Shown: piece after piece, positions 38,851-52,320 of the stretch
Numbering within the stretch: the first letter of the stretch is position 1
Layout: each line of letters starts with the position of its first letter
Assembly: GCF_036321535.1 (NCBI RefSeq)
Contig: NC_087436.1
Coordinates: 77,316,001-77,380,000 of the forward strand
From: Camelus dromedarius
Lineage: Eukaryota
Direction of reading: 5' to 3'
DNA: 64,000 nucleotides
Notes under the pieces: generated by a model
The model's database searches: none
Told to the model about the DNA's origin: nothing
Seen by the model: only the letters and a program-made list of their open reading frames with translations
Translations under genes and position numbers: made by a program

Positions 38851-41800
38851 TTTATTCTTTTTTTTTTCCTCAAAATTGCTTTGGCATTTTGGGGTCCTTT
38901 GTGGTTCCATATGAATTTTAGGCTTATTTGTTTTAGTTCTTTAAAAAATGTCATGGGCATTTTGGTAGGGGTTGCATTAAGTCTGTATATTGCTGTTGGT
39001 AATATGGATATTTTAACATTAATTCTTCCAGTTCAAGAGCACAGGATATCTTTCCATTTCTTTGTATTATCTTGAGTTTTCTTCATCAGTGTTCCATAGT
39101 TTTCAGAGTATAGGACTTCCACTTCCTTGGTTAAGTTTATTCCTAAATATTTTTTTCTTTTTGATGCAATTTTAAACAGGATTACTTTTAATTTTCTCTA
39201 TCTGATGGTTAATTATTAGTGTATATATAGAAAAGCAACAGATTTCTGTATATTGATCTTGTATCCTGAAACTTTGATGAATTCATTTATTAGTTCTAAT
39301 ATTTTTTGGTGGAAACTTTAGGGTTTTCTGTATAAAGTAATCATGTCATCTGCAGCCAGTGACAGTTTTACTTTTTCCCTTCAAGTATGGGTGCCTTTTA
39401 TTTCCTTTTCTTGTTAAGTATGATGTGAGTTTGTCATAAATGGCCTTAATTATGTTGAGGTATGTCCCTCTATACCCACTTCGACGAGAGTTAGTTTTTG
39501 TTTTGTTCTGTTTTGTTTTCTTTTTTATCATGGAGGGATGTCCATTTTTGTCAAATGCTTTTTCTGCATCTGCTGAGATGATCAGGTAATTTTTCCCATC
39601 CTTTTGTTAATGTGGTGTATCATATTGATTGATTTGAAATATTGAACCGTTCTTGCATCCCTGTAGTAAATCCAACTTGATCATAGTGTGTTATCCTTTT
39701 TATATATTGTTGTTTTTGATTTGCTAATATGTTGTTGAGGATTTTTGCATCTATATTCATCAAAGATATTGGCCTATGGTTTTCTTTTTTTGTAGTGTCT
39801 TCATCTCATTTTGGTATTTGGGTAATGGTGGCCTTGTAGTATGAATTTGGGAATGTTACATCCTCTTCAATATTTTGGACTAGTTTGAGAAAGATAGTTA
39901 CTAGGTCTTCTTTATATGTTTGGTAGAGTTCTCCTGTGAAACCATCCAGTCCTGGCTTTTGTTTGCTGGGAGTGCTTTTATTACAGAAATTTTATTAATT
40001 TCACTACTAGTGATTGGTATGTTCAAATTATTTGTTTCTTCTTAATTCAATCTTGGCAGGTTTAATCTTTCTATAAACTTGTCAGTTTCTTCTGTATTGT
40101 CCAGTTGCTTGGTGTATAAATATACGTAGTATTTTCTTCTGATTTTTTATATCTCTGTGGTATGGGTTCTATTTCTTCTCTTTCCTTTCTTATTTTGTTT
40201 ATTTGTGTCCCCTCTCTTTTCTTCTTGGTGAGCCCGGCTAAAGGTTTATCAATTTTGTTTATCTTTTCAAAAAAGCACCCCTTGGTTTTATTGATCTTTC
40301 CTATTATTTTTTTAGATCTCTATTTTATTTATTCCCTCCATGATCTTTATTATTTCTGCTTTCTGCTGACTTTGGGCTTTGTTTGTTCTTCTTTTTCTAA
40401 TTCCTTTAGGTGGTAGGTTAGGTCATTTATTTGAGACTTTTCTTATTTCTTAAGGAAGGCCTGTATTGTTATAAATTTCCCTCTTAGAACTGCTCTTGCT
40501 GTGTCCCCTAGATTTTGGAGTGTTGTATTCCTATATTCATTTGTCTTGAGGTATTTTCTGATTTACTCTTTGATTTCTTCATTGACCTGTTTTGGTTTTT
40601 AAGGAGCATGTTGTTTATTCTCCATGTGTGTTTGTTCTTTTCCCACTTTTCTTTATGAGTTGATTTCCAGTTTCCTATTGTTGTGGTCCATGAAAATGCT
40701 TGATATGATTTCTATCCTCTTCAATTTGTTGAGGCTTGTTTTGCAACCTGGTATGTAATCTATCTTGGAGAATATTCCATATGCATTTGAAAGAATTTGT
40801 ATTCGGCTGTTTTTGGTTGTCATGTCCTGTAAATATCTATTAAGTTTAACCAGTCTGTTGTAGCATCTAAGACCTTTGTTACCTTATTGACTTTCTGTGT
40901 GGATGATCTATCCATTGGTATCGGTGTAACATCCCCTATTATTATTGTATTGTCAATTTCTCCCTTTAAGTCTCATAGCATTTGCTTTATATATTTGCTT
41001 TATATGTTTCATATTGAGTGCATACATGTTAAAAGTATAATATCTCTTGTACTGATCTCTTTATCATTGTATAATGTCCTTCTTTGTCTTTTCTTAGAGC
41101 CTTTGTTTTAAAGTCTATTTTGTCTGGTACATATATTGTTACTCCTCTTTTTGTCATTTCAGTTTGCACGAAACTTCTTTTTCCATCCACTCACTTTCAG
41201 TCTATGTGTATCTTTAGCCCTGAAGTGAGTCTCTTGTAGGTAGCATATTGAATGGTCCTGTTTTTCAATCCAATCTGCCACCCTATGTCTTTTCATAGGA
41301 GCATTTGATCCATTGACATTTAAATTAAATATTTATAGGTATGTATTTACTGCCATTTTATTGCCTGTTTTCCGGTTGTTTTGTAGTTTTTTTTGTTCAT
41401 TTCTTCTTTTTGTTTCTTTCCTTGTGGTTTTATGATTTTCATTAGTAGTATGCTTGTGTTCCTTTTGTTTTAGTTTTTGTGTGTGCATTGTAAGTTTTTG
41501 ATCTGTGGTTAGCATGGGGTTCATATATGTTAACCTATTATATCTACTTGTTTATGCTGGTAGTCATTTAAATTCAAACACATTCTAAAAGATCTACATT
41601 TTACCTCCCTCCTCCACATTTTGTGTTTTTGATGTCATATTTTATGTCTTCATATTTATCCCTTAACTGTTTATTGTAGTTATAGTTGCTTTTATATAAT
41701 TTTTTGTCTTTTAATCATTGTACTAGTTTATTTAAGTTGTTGACCCTTAGTCCTTACTATATATTTGCCTTTCCTAGTGGGATTTTCTCTTTCTATAGAT

Positions 41801-41870
41801 TATTACTTCTTGTCCACTTAGAGAAGACTCTTTAACCTTTCTTTTAGGATAGCTTTATTACTGATGAAAG
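38851..41870 (-). mobile_element. L1 ORF2 fragment (about 3 kb, decayed, no 3' UTR)
   Basis: Antisense L1 ORF2 sequence; ORF 39346-39531(-) contains GTYLNIIKAIYDK (RT region), and 41333-41524(-) covers the ORF2 start region. Confidence 0.93.
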
Positions 41871-43344
41871 AATTAAGTTCTTTTGACTTTATTTTCAAAT
41901 CCATATTACTCACGTATAAATTTGGTTCCAACTTTTATCTCTAAGGTAAAGAAATAAGTTTTCTTCTTGCACTTGGTTCAGTGTCATTGAAAAGTAGAAG
42001 GAACTCAACAAATGTGAGATGGTTATACAAAAGAGTGAAGGAATTTATCCTTCTCAAGTATATTGTTAGCAAATTCACACATTTTTTCCTTTCACTCATC
42101 AATTATATTTACTTTTAGTAACTTCAGCATTTATATAGTGACAGTCTTAATGTTCTGATCTTATAATTTCTTGTCCTTCTGACTCTTTTAGGTTCCTTTG
42201 CTACAATTTGGCAGTTACCCACTTGCACAGTTACTCCACATGTCATTCGAAACTGCTTCATGTCCAGCATCATCAACGTTGTAAAACAAGAAACTCCTGT
42301 ATTTTCAGCCTTCCCACATTTCAGTCATTAATTATGGCTACTCTGGCCATAAGTTTTGCTCCCCATGATAGTATGTCTTCAATCTCATTCTTATGTAACT
42401 TGCTTTCTTCTTTTAGCCACATTGGTTAAACAGCCATTCTAGCAGTCTCTCAACTAACATTCTTTCATCATATCTTTCTTTCCTGATAACCTTTGTAGTC
42501 ACCAATAATCTACTTCTTCACTTTGACATTTAGATTGCCTCTACTTTAGACTATGCTGTAAATATTTATTTTGAGTATTAAATTTATGTAAATTCTAGAG
42601 CATACATAACCTCACCATTACTACAGCTTAATAGCTCTCCTTTCAAAGTTTTTTTTTTTTTTCCACAATCCTTCTTAATTCCCAATATTCTGGTCCTAGG
42701 CATAGAAAATAAATTCTAGAGCCCCAAGTGTTTTATTCCACTTTATTTCTGTCTCTTATCTGGACAGTAATCCCATTATTTCCAACTTTGAACATTTTAA
42801 AACTTCATTTAGTGAGTCACACATGTTGCTAAATTATAACTATCTGTGTAGCAAACACAAAATTGGAGCAAATGAGCATTCTTCTATAGTTCAAGAAATT
42901 AAAGTTGTACATGTATCCATTTGCCACAACTACTCTAGCTGTGATGAATTAGATTAAGTGGTCTTTGGGGGAAGGAAAATGTAAGGAATTTGATGAGGGA
43001 CTATCTGAAGACCCAGCCAACACAAATCAGGACCTTTTGATTATTTTCATCCATGAAGGACAAGTAGTTTAAGCTTGAGACTATTTGTTTCAAATCAGGA
43101 AATCTGGACCCAGTATCAATAGCCATCAGGAGTGGTAACTTTACTAGTATATCTGAGTGGCAGCCGGTCACTAGCATATTCAACTCTGTGCAAGTTTTTC
43201 AGTTAAATTGTTTCATTTGGTATGAGTTTCACAGTTTGATCATTTGATGCATACACAATGTTTTCCTGTTAGATTTCAATCAGCTCTCCTTTTGAGCTGG
43301 CTAGAAAGAAAGGACTGATCAAATGTATGCTTTATGCTTTTACA

Positions 43345-43529
43345 CTTTTTATTGGGTTATACTTAACTTACAATATTATATTAGTTTTAGGGGTACAACA
43401 TAGTGAATCAATATTTTTGTACACTGTGAAATGATTGCAATAAAGCCAGTTACCATCCATCACCATACAAAGTTGTTGAAATATTATTGGCTATATTCTC
43501 TATGTGTTCATAACATCCTGTTATTTATG
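43345..43529 (-). mobile_element. Short L1 3' end with TSD
   Basis: T-run then attgggttatacttaacttacaatattatattagttttagg; direct repeat TGCTTTTACA at 43335-43344 and 43530-43539. Confidence 0.85.
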
Positions 43530-45664
43530 TGCTTTTACATTTTTGTTATCTTTGTAGACCACTTAGATTAGAGTTCAATCCTAGTAAGGAACTTTTTTTT
43601 GTCTTTTTGCTCTTCATGTGAATGTATTCCAGATTCTTTCTATTTTTCTGAACCTAAGTTAAAAACTGAGTCCAACATTCCACACGATGTCTGTCATTTT
43701 CTGTATTAGATTCAATGTACTAATTATAGTTCAAATTATACTCTTCATAGAGAAGTTCAATTGGGAAAGACTGTCAGGTGGTATTTTTCTTATAAGGTTT
43801 GCTAGGATTCTATTTTAAATTAGTGTAAAATATTTATTAAAAATGCCTTTGATGTTAGTATTTTTAACATACTGAAAGAAGTACATATGGGCCTGTGCAA
43901 ATAGCTTTTTCAATGGAGAGGGTCACTTAAGCAGTTTTCAACTCATTATATGATAAATTCTGTGATCACTCACACAAAAAAACAATCAAAATAATAATGT
44001 AGTTAAAAGCAAATAGCATATAAGGCTGATACATCATAAGAAAATGCCCTTGAATTTGAACTTTTTATTACTAATAACCAAAAACACAGTATAAAATACT
44101 AAAATAGATGACTATAAGCATTTTTTCAAATGTAAATGAAAACATATTTAAAGAGGGAATTGAGGTGTGGTTAATTTGACATCTGACCTGTGGAGTATCA
44201 GCCTTAAAACTGTAAAAGTCACACAAAATAAATGTCAGCTCTGTTTTTTCTATTATAAATACTATGGCTATTAACACTTTTGCTTTTTTTCAAAATTTGG
44301 GAAAAGTATACTAAAACATAATGAGCCCAATAAATGTTATAACGAAAGCATATATATAACCAAGTGTTTTTACATTTAGATATCAGTAGCTGGGAAAATC
44401 CATTTTTCTTTTTAGAGTTTAGCTGTTTGATTCTTCCACATGTTCTACATTTGTTAAAGGATGTGGCTCCTTTGAAAGACGTTTTGACTTACAGCTCTCT
44501 GTTGTATGGGTAAATGAAAGCAAATGATGCTGTTGTAAAGTATAAAAACAAGAGAAAATTTTGCCAAGGTTGCAAACAAGTATAAGCCTGAAAGACATAT
44601 AAATAATCTGGGTTAAATATCAGGGTTGTCAGAAGCATTGTTATTTATTGCTGTTGTCCTCATTCATATTTTAGTATAAATCACTACCCCTATGATTTAG
44701 AGCTATTATTGAGCAAGTTTCTTTCCAAGTTTAACTTGCTTCTTCAATCTTAGTGGATCAGTGCTTCACCTACCCTCTAGTAGTTCAGATGCTGGACAAT
44801 CTGATTAGTGCAGGCCCGTGGTGTTCCATCATCCGCAAGCTAGATAAAATGTAACACAAACACAGCCTGGGTCCTTTCAGTCACTAAGCACAGGGTTGAA
44901 CAAACTGGTTGAACGAGAAGTGTATTTTGCTAAGTCAACATTTATACAATGATCCAAATTTCACTCAGGTTGGTGGCACTGTACAAAAATCTTGGGTTTT
45001 GCTTCAACACTGATTGAACATTGTAGGAGCTCAAGACATAACTGAGGAAGAAAGGTAGGAAGATGGGGGGAGCATGGGCCAATGGATGATGGGGACTCTC
45101 ATTTTCTTTAAAATTATTAAAACTTTAAAGTCCCTGTGATAGTTATTAAGCACATAAAATGTTAACAACTATTACAGTTATTCAGCCAGAGCACACTAGC
45201 ACCTGTATACTTAATATTTACAGTTACATATGTGGAATAAGTTGTGCACAACTGATTGACTTCTCATTATATCACTGATAAGCAATAAAAATCAATGAAT
45301 GGTAGCTGGAGATACTGGTCTCAGAACAATGAGAAAGGTAAATCAAAATTGAATTATATGAGACCATGGTGATAATAGAATAGCTGAACAAATTTTTAGG
45401 GATTTAGAAATTGGGGCTTAAAGAGGAACTAAAGCTTTGTAACCTGAAAAATCAGAAGAATGTGAGCTGAGAGAGCATTTTATCTGAGCCTCATTATTTG
45501 AGTCCCAGTGTGGAGGTAGGTGAAGTTGTCTTTTCATTGGCCAGAATGATTGAGGAAAATAGACTTCCTTTATCCCAGGAAAGCAACATGCAGAAAACAG
45601 AAAACAAAATTCAATTTTTTTAGAGATGCCAGAAAGAGATAAACTTGGGAATGAAAGAAAGAAG

Positions 45665-45785
45665 CTCTAGGGAAGCAAATTATGATTCCATCTCTGCCAC
45701 TAAGCTAGTGGGTGATTAGAACAAGAAACAATCTCCCTGAGCATTGACTTTCTTACTTTTAAAATTATTATGTTGGAATATCAAG
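45665..45785 (+). mobile_element. MIR SINE fragment
   Basis: tctctgccactaagctagtgggtga...atctccctgagc. Confidence 0.55.
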
Positions 45786-46049
45786 CATTACATATTGATG
45801 GCCTGGTCTCTATTTTGAAGAACTGAAGTGAGACTATTTTGTCCTTGATGTTTAAAAGATTTTGAATCTACAGCCTTAAAGAGGCTTTCATACATTCCCT
45901 GATTCTACCCAGGACTTCTTCGCTCTAGCCGGGGCATTTGCTTTGCCCCTGACAGCATTTGAATTTAAGACCTCTGTACCTCTCTGTTGTCTTTTATTGT
46001 TGTTTTTGGCTCTAAAATTCCATTAGTCTCTACAGATAATGATTAAAAA

Positions 46050-46275
46050 ACAATAATACTGGCTAATTATTGGCCTCCTTTTATGTGCTGAGACCAACTC
46101 TCAGAACCACCTTATAGGGTATTTAACATTTACGTTCATTTTACAGATGATGAAATTAATGCTAAGGGATGCTAATGACTTGTCTAAGGCCCGTATTTTG
46201 TGAGTAGCAGGGCCAGGGTCCTAATTCTCACCTAACTGGAACCAAGACTGAAGGTCTTCCCATTATACCATACTT
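46050..46275 (-). mobile_element. MIR SINE
   Basis: cattttacagatgatgaaattaatgctaaggg...gacttgtctaagg. Confidence 0.75.
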
Positions 46276-47406
46276 CCTTAAACTATGGCTATAGCCTTTA
46301 CTATGGATATTTTTTAAAATTACAGGCCTGAAAATAAGAAGTATTTAGTCATCTTGGAGATGTTCTGATCTAGAGTGGCATATTTTCTAATTATGCTGGA
46401 AAAATGAGTTGCTATCTTTCATCAAGATGAGGTTACTTCAAGTTTGGACCTTCTAATTAGGCTTAAGAGATACTTCTTTGGGCATTGTAGAACACAATCT
46501 TAAAGTAGATTAAAATGTGAAGTTCCAGTTCTCATCCCAGTGTTTAAAGTTACGTCCTTTGCATGCATTTCATTTCTAAAATGGAGACTCCTCTGTGCTT
46601 AAATTAGCAGTGAAGAGGCAGTAGTCATCTAGTTCAAAATGTCATTCATAAACTCCTTCATATTTTAATTAAGCCAAATTTCTGGTGGGTTCACACATGC
46701 GGATGCTGTAGTTATGAGGTAAACACACTTCTTGAAAGCTAAAGGTATAGGTCTGTGACAACATGCCCCCTTTATGTACCTAAGGCATTTGGTTACTGCT
46801 CGATGACCCTACTGTCCTGAAAACCATTATCTCCTAACATCTGCTCCTTAAGTACTATCTGAATTATGACTGTTTAGCATACTGAGGAAAAAACCCCTAC
46901 ATCTTTACCACTGTTAACATTACAAAGGTGATACACCCAGGATAGAGGAGATTAGCTTCACTTAACCTCATGTGTCAATAAAAACTTCAGATAAACACTA
47001 AGTCCAGAAACTAGGTTATATGTGATAACATAAAGTTATCCAATGGCAGACCAACTAACAACGGCAATCATCGTTTCTTAGCTGCTAGCTTGAGCTTGTA
47101 GTGCTGGCTGTACAAAAAAATCTTGTTTTGACTTGAGCAAATTAAATGTGTAAGTCAGTAATGATGACTAATTGTATGATCCATTCTTAACAATCTTTAA
47201 TTTTTTTTTTTTGCTAAAATGTAAACTTTCAAATCAACAATCAAATATAATAGATCCAAAGATGTTTTAGAAATCAAATATGAAAATGATTTGGAATCAT
47301 TTGTCCTTCATAATAACCTGATTAATTCAACAAATCAGTGAATAGTTTATCCCAAAATGAGCTATTGACCTTTAGATTAAGCAAAATGGTACTAAAAGTT
47401 CTGCTA

Positions 47407-47428
47407 TGTGTGTGTGTGTGTGTGTGTG
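47407..47428 (+). repeat. (TG)11 microsatellite
   Basis: Perfect TG dinucleotide run. Confidence 0.95.
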
Positions 47429-47544
47429 AAGACTTTTTCACAATCTGATCAATATCACACTTCAAACCTGCAAACTGAATCTTTCTTATGCCTCCCATTT
47501 CCTCATCTCTCTGTAGTATGGTATTCTATCAGAGGGATATCCTA

Positions 47545-48000
47545 TCATTCATTTGTTCTTTGAGCACTGTGCTGGGTGCTGGAGGGCAGTGGTGAGTTAG
47601 CCATTGAGTTGGAAGGGTAGGAGAGGGTGTAAAAACTGACTATTTCAGGATATGCAGGAGTTAACCTGATAGATGGAGCATGAGAGTGTGTTCCAGGAGA
47701 GCAGAAAGACTGGAGCAAAGTCATGGAAGTGAGAGATAGCACCATGTATAAAGAACTAAAGGTCAATGGTGTTGATTGATTATAAAGTAAAAAGAAGAGG
47801 CTGGAGAGCTGGGCAAATGCTTGGCTACAAGGACTCTGTTAATAGGTTTGAGCGGGGATCCTTGAAGAATTGAAGTCAGAAAAATTGCATATCCAGCTGT
47901 GCAATAAGCAGCTGTGTGCAGTTCTGAGAAGAGAACTATCAGACTTTAAGGCAAGAGGCCAAACAAGAGATGACGGTAGTCTGAAGTGGGCTGTTCTTAG
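47545..48000 (-). mobile_element. L2 LINE 3' region
   Basis: tcattcatttgttctttgagcactgtgctgggtgctggag...gagagaactatcagactttaaggcaagagg. Confidence 0.7.
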
Positions 48001-48104
48001 TCCATAGGAAATAAATTGTTTTCTATAATGTAGGAAGAATCTGAGGATATCAGAAGAATCCCACAAAGCCATCACCAAAGCAACAGTGGAAACATTGGTG
48101 GCAA

Positions 48105-48320
48105 CATCAGTAGCAACCAGAATTTATGGAGCCCTTACTAGGTGCCAGGCACTCCGCCAAGTCTTTACATGCTCCAGTGCAATCCTTACTTTGACTTTGT
48201 AAGTTAGGTACTCTTGTTATCCCCTTGTTTAGAAAAGTTCACACAACTAGGAATTGGATGAGCTGAGACTCAAAGCCAGATCTTTTTTAGAGCCATGATC
48301 TTAACTACTATGCTGTGCAA
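48105..48320 (-). mobile_element. MIR SINE
   Basis: atttatggagcccttactaggtgccaggcac...gagctgagactcaaagccagatc. Confidence 0.8.
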
Positions 48321-50699
48321 CCAAGTTTATGTAATATGTAACTTTAAGTTTGCATAAAATAATAAAGTCATGACTTTCAGAATAAAAACTGAATAAATGT
48401 GTCTCCTAAAGTAATCAAGTAAGTCACTGCTTTTGCCCAAGCTGCAAAGAGGCATTTAACTTCCAAGTTTGCAGTCTTTCTGAGAGGTGCTTAAACTCCA
48501 GAGGAATCTGCTCATCCCCAAACAGAAGTAAACCACAAAGCAGGCCCTATTAAATGAATGAATTAGTAGAAAATATCTTCAGCCCTTCTTGTCTCTTCAC
48601 CCTTATTTCTTGTTGGCTTTTATCCTCTTCCTGAGGTTATTGGTGATTTAATGCTGTTTCCTCCACCTCTTAGGATAAAAGCTATCTGAGACACTGATTT
48701 TAACATCTGTGTTAGTGACTCAGTGGGATATTCCTCCTTGAGGATTTTTTTACATGAAGAGTGGGCTACAGAGGGACAGAAGGGAAGAGAGAGGCTTGGA
48801 AACGGTTGCTTCCTGAAAGGATTAACTCTAATTTTTAAATAGTTATCTGGTATGATGAATTTAAACATGCAGATTACATAGTAAATAATCCTTATTTGGA
48901 TTCTGTCCTTCAAAGCAAACTTCTGATTACAATTTCACTTTCATTGTGATTGGACTGCCTGGAGAGAGTGCTCTGAGGAAAGGCTGAGCACCTGGATATG
49001 TAGGCTGTTACAGTTCTCAATTTTAATCCTTAGAATAGCATCTGGTTTTATCTGTTACATGTCTACAAGCCTCTCTGAGTCCATTTCTGAGATGCAAATC
49101 CATTCCCAGAGTACTCACAAATCAAATTTCTAAGTCTGACACACTGAGGATTGGCTTGGCGTAATGGTGAATCCATCAAAGAAAATGCTCTCTTTTAATG
49201 CTGTGTCACAATAATCCAGTTTATTTACATATGTTACACCCTCACCTTGCTATATGCCCCTTCCCTTTGGAAAGTCTTACAAGACCTGTTTAGAAACTCA
49301 AGTTGTAAGCATCTTAGGACTTGGAAGGGAGATAAAGTTTCGAGAAAGCTGGCTTTCCCATTACCTCCAGACTATATCATGTAGGAAAACTGAGCTAGTT
49401 TTGGAAATCTACTAATCACACTTCCGACACTGACTTCTTACATTATTCCAAGGAAAAATATCAGTTCGGACAGCTGACAATTTTTTATAATTGCTTTTAA
49501 TCAAAGAGTTTATTTTAAAGCTGCCTAGAGTTTTTATTGCATTCCACATGGCTGACTCTTGGCAAAGTCAGATGTACTGATAGCCTTACTAAAACCTCAT
49601 AATTTTCCAGGTAGTTCCCTGTCTTAGCCCATAAATCTCATTTTCTCTTCACAAAAGTTGTTAGACTTCCTGGGCAGTGTACCAACTTGGGCAGATGTTT
49701 TGAAGATGTTCTGATCAATCCAAATTAGGAAATAGGTATCTGAAGTTCACTATATAAACATAATAGTACTGAAACTTGGCTGTGTGATTTGGGTGGAACA
49801 CAGTCAAAGAAACACAAAACATTTTGCTGCCTCTGTATGACCCAGCCTTTAAGAGAGGAGAAAAAAAATGACAAGTTGGCTTACCTCAGAAATATTTTGA
49901 TCTCCTTGCAAATCCTGAAAATACTTAGGTCTGTTTGCTGTTGATAATAACAGATCAAGAAATATTTTCCCCAAAAAGTTTTGTTTTGTGTATCGTGATG
50001 GCATAATCATTTTTCTTGTTTCTGATGTGGAAATAGCATACTTTTTAATTGAGAGTTGTCATAAATATTGCATTTCCAAAAGGCCTAAATGAGTTGACAT
50101 AGTGTTGTCAAAGAAATATACTCTCTTGCTCATCAATTTAGTTAACATTAGAGGTAAGTGCTTTTCAGAAATAAAACATTTGTTTTTAAAAATACAAATA
50201 AAAATTGATTTTAATACACCTTTTCCCTTTGAATGCATGTCTTCTTTAAATATTGACTATGTGAGTAACCCTAAACTCTTTATAATACTACTATTCACAA
50301 TTTGATGGAATTTGATGATTTTAAGAAGTTTAGGGTTTGTTATTATCCCCATTTTATTGGTAAGGATTTCAAACTAAGGGTTGTAATGCTGATAAATGCA
50401 GAGCTATGTTTAAAAGTCACATCCAGTTTTGTTTCCATCAAACCTTGAATTTGTACCCATTTCAGTGGTAACCAAGATAAAGCAAACCTTAAATGTAAGC
50501 AGCTGTTATTTTTCTGGGACCTTGATTTGATTTTTCATCATGTCAGAATCTGAAAATAACTTTCCTATATGTAAACATACTAGAATAATTTTCATAGGAC
50601 TTAAAAAATCCAGGAGTAGTAACCTAAAAGGCTATACAACTCCAAACAAAAATAAGGACGAGAACAGACGTTGTTCAGTAAAGCAGAGTAAGAAAATCA

Positions 50700-50960
50700 A
50701 GATGATAGCTATGTTAACAATCCCTTTAAAACCTTGAAGTGCTAATACTAACACAGTGCGGCTTCTATATGGGTGTCTTATTTGTTCCTCCAAATGACCC
50801 TATGAGAGGAAAAAGGCACATAGTAGTTTCACTTCACAGATAAGGAAAAAGAAACTTAGAAAGCTAACATATCTCATGTCTGACAGCAGGAGAAATGTCA
50901 GAAAGGATAACTCCTAGAATACCCTATAGCTAAAATACACTTGGTTATCACTAAGGTAAT
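50700..50960 (-). mobile_element. MIR SINE
   Basis: gaccctatgagagg...cacttcacagataaggaaaaagaaacttagaaag. Confidence 0.65.
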
Positions 50961-51559
50961 TTGAGCTTCAGTTGAGTCTGTTGATGACATGTGCAGACCT
51001 GCTCATGCCTATGCAAAAACAACTTGAACATAATCGCTTCACTGTGCCTTACCGTAAAACGTTCACTCCCGACATGTGAGCTTACAACTTGTATATGCAT
51101 CCTGGTTCTTTTATGGGTAATCTACATGATTTAGCTAAAGTTATGATATCTTTTGTAGCCACTATCCTTATCTATAATAGAAATGATCATCTTGCTCCCT
51201 TATAGTTTGTGCCTTTGAGTAAAATGACATGATAAAGCACATAGCTCTCCAAGCCTGATACATAGCTACTTCTCTACGACTAGCTTAGTTGAATCTGAAT
51301 ATGTACACATTCAGTGCGTAGCTCTGGATTAAGAGGTCCTAGCTGGTTCTAAAGCAACGCCAGTCCTGAAGGTCTCTGAAGGTCTGCTGTGACCATCAGT
51401 AATAGAGAGGTTGCCCTGGAGATGCAGATAATGTTTTCTCACTCTGTCAAAACCTTTGGAGGAGTGTGCTTGCATGTTCTCTGTTGTTTGCTTCAGACCC
51501 AGATTCTAGAACTATCTCTGGCTCTTCATAGAAGTTTGCACATCTGTTAGGGAATTTAT

Positions 51560-51880
51560 TTGTTTACTCAATCATTTATTTAATAAATATTGATTGAGTT
51601 TCAAACATTGCGTCAAATAGTCTTCGTGGTGCTGAGGCAACAAGGAATAAAGCAGACATGTCTCCTCTTTTTATGGAGTTTGCAATATATTGAGAAGAAA
51701 TATGACTACACAAGAAATATGAAAATCGTGATGAATATTATGATGGGGGAATTTGGGGTTAGGCCATAGGACCAATTCTAGTAGTCTAGCCTAAAGGGGA
51801 TGGCTTCACTAAGGAAGTGAGCATGTTAAAGCAGAAAACCGAAGGGTGAGTTGAGTCGGCTGTTTTTAAATAAGAGAAGA
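51560..51880 (-). mobile_element. L2 3' terminus
   Basis: tcatttatttaataaatattgattgag...aaagcagacatgtctcctctttttatggagttt. Confidence 0.7.
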
Positions 51881-52171
51881 GAACCAGAACGTCTGGCAAT
51901 GATTTTCTCCTGTGTAGTTCCAGCTTCTCCCATGACATTTGAAATATACAAAGTCATATTTGAATGCTTTGTTGTGACCACTGTGTGTTACTGGAAATAA
52001 ACTCAGGTCAGCAGAAATCACATATGACTTCTACTCTTTCTTTCCAACTACTGGTAGACAAAACATTTAAATTCCTCCAGAATGTATCCTGGAAAGGCCT
52101 TTAAGTTATTTATGTCTGAGGATCTTTGTTTAAAAAATTTTTATGTCTATCTTTACATAAGAATGCATTAA

Positions 52172-52320
52172 TAATAATGAAAACAAGAACTACTGTATAT
52201 CCAGTGCCTGCTATGGGTCAAGAAAGCCTTTGCATTTGTTAGTTCTGATCTTATCAACAATCCCATAACGTTGGTATTTTTATCACTATATTGTACAAAC
52301 AAAAATTAAGGTGGAGTTAG
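52172..52320 (-). mobile_element. MIR SINE fragment
   Basis: agtgcctgctatgggtcaag...atcttatcaacaatcccata. Confidence 0.55.

Noticed and set aside
14480..38930. L1 at 13025-14542 and L1 at 38851-41870 as one split element, since they nearly abut in consensus coordinates
   Set aside because: They overlap by about 70 nt with diverged sequence, and the 24 kb between them holds older repeats, so they are independent insertions.
51366..51385. Tandem duplication CTGAAGGTCT x2 (a similar one, CCAGTGCTCCT x2, at 61279-61300)
   Set aside because: Ordinary slippage-type micro-duplications.
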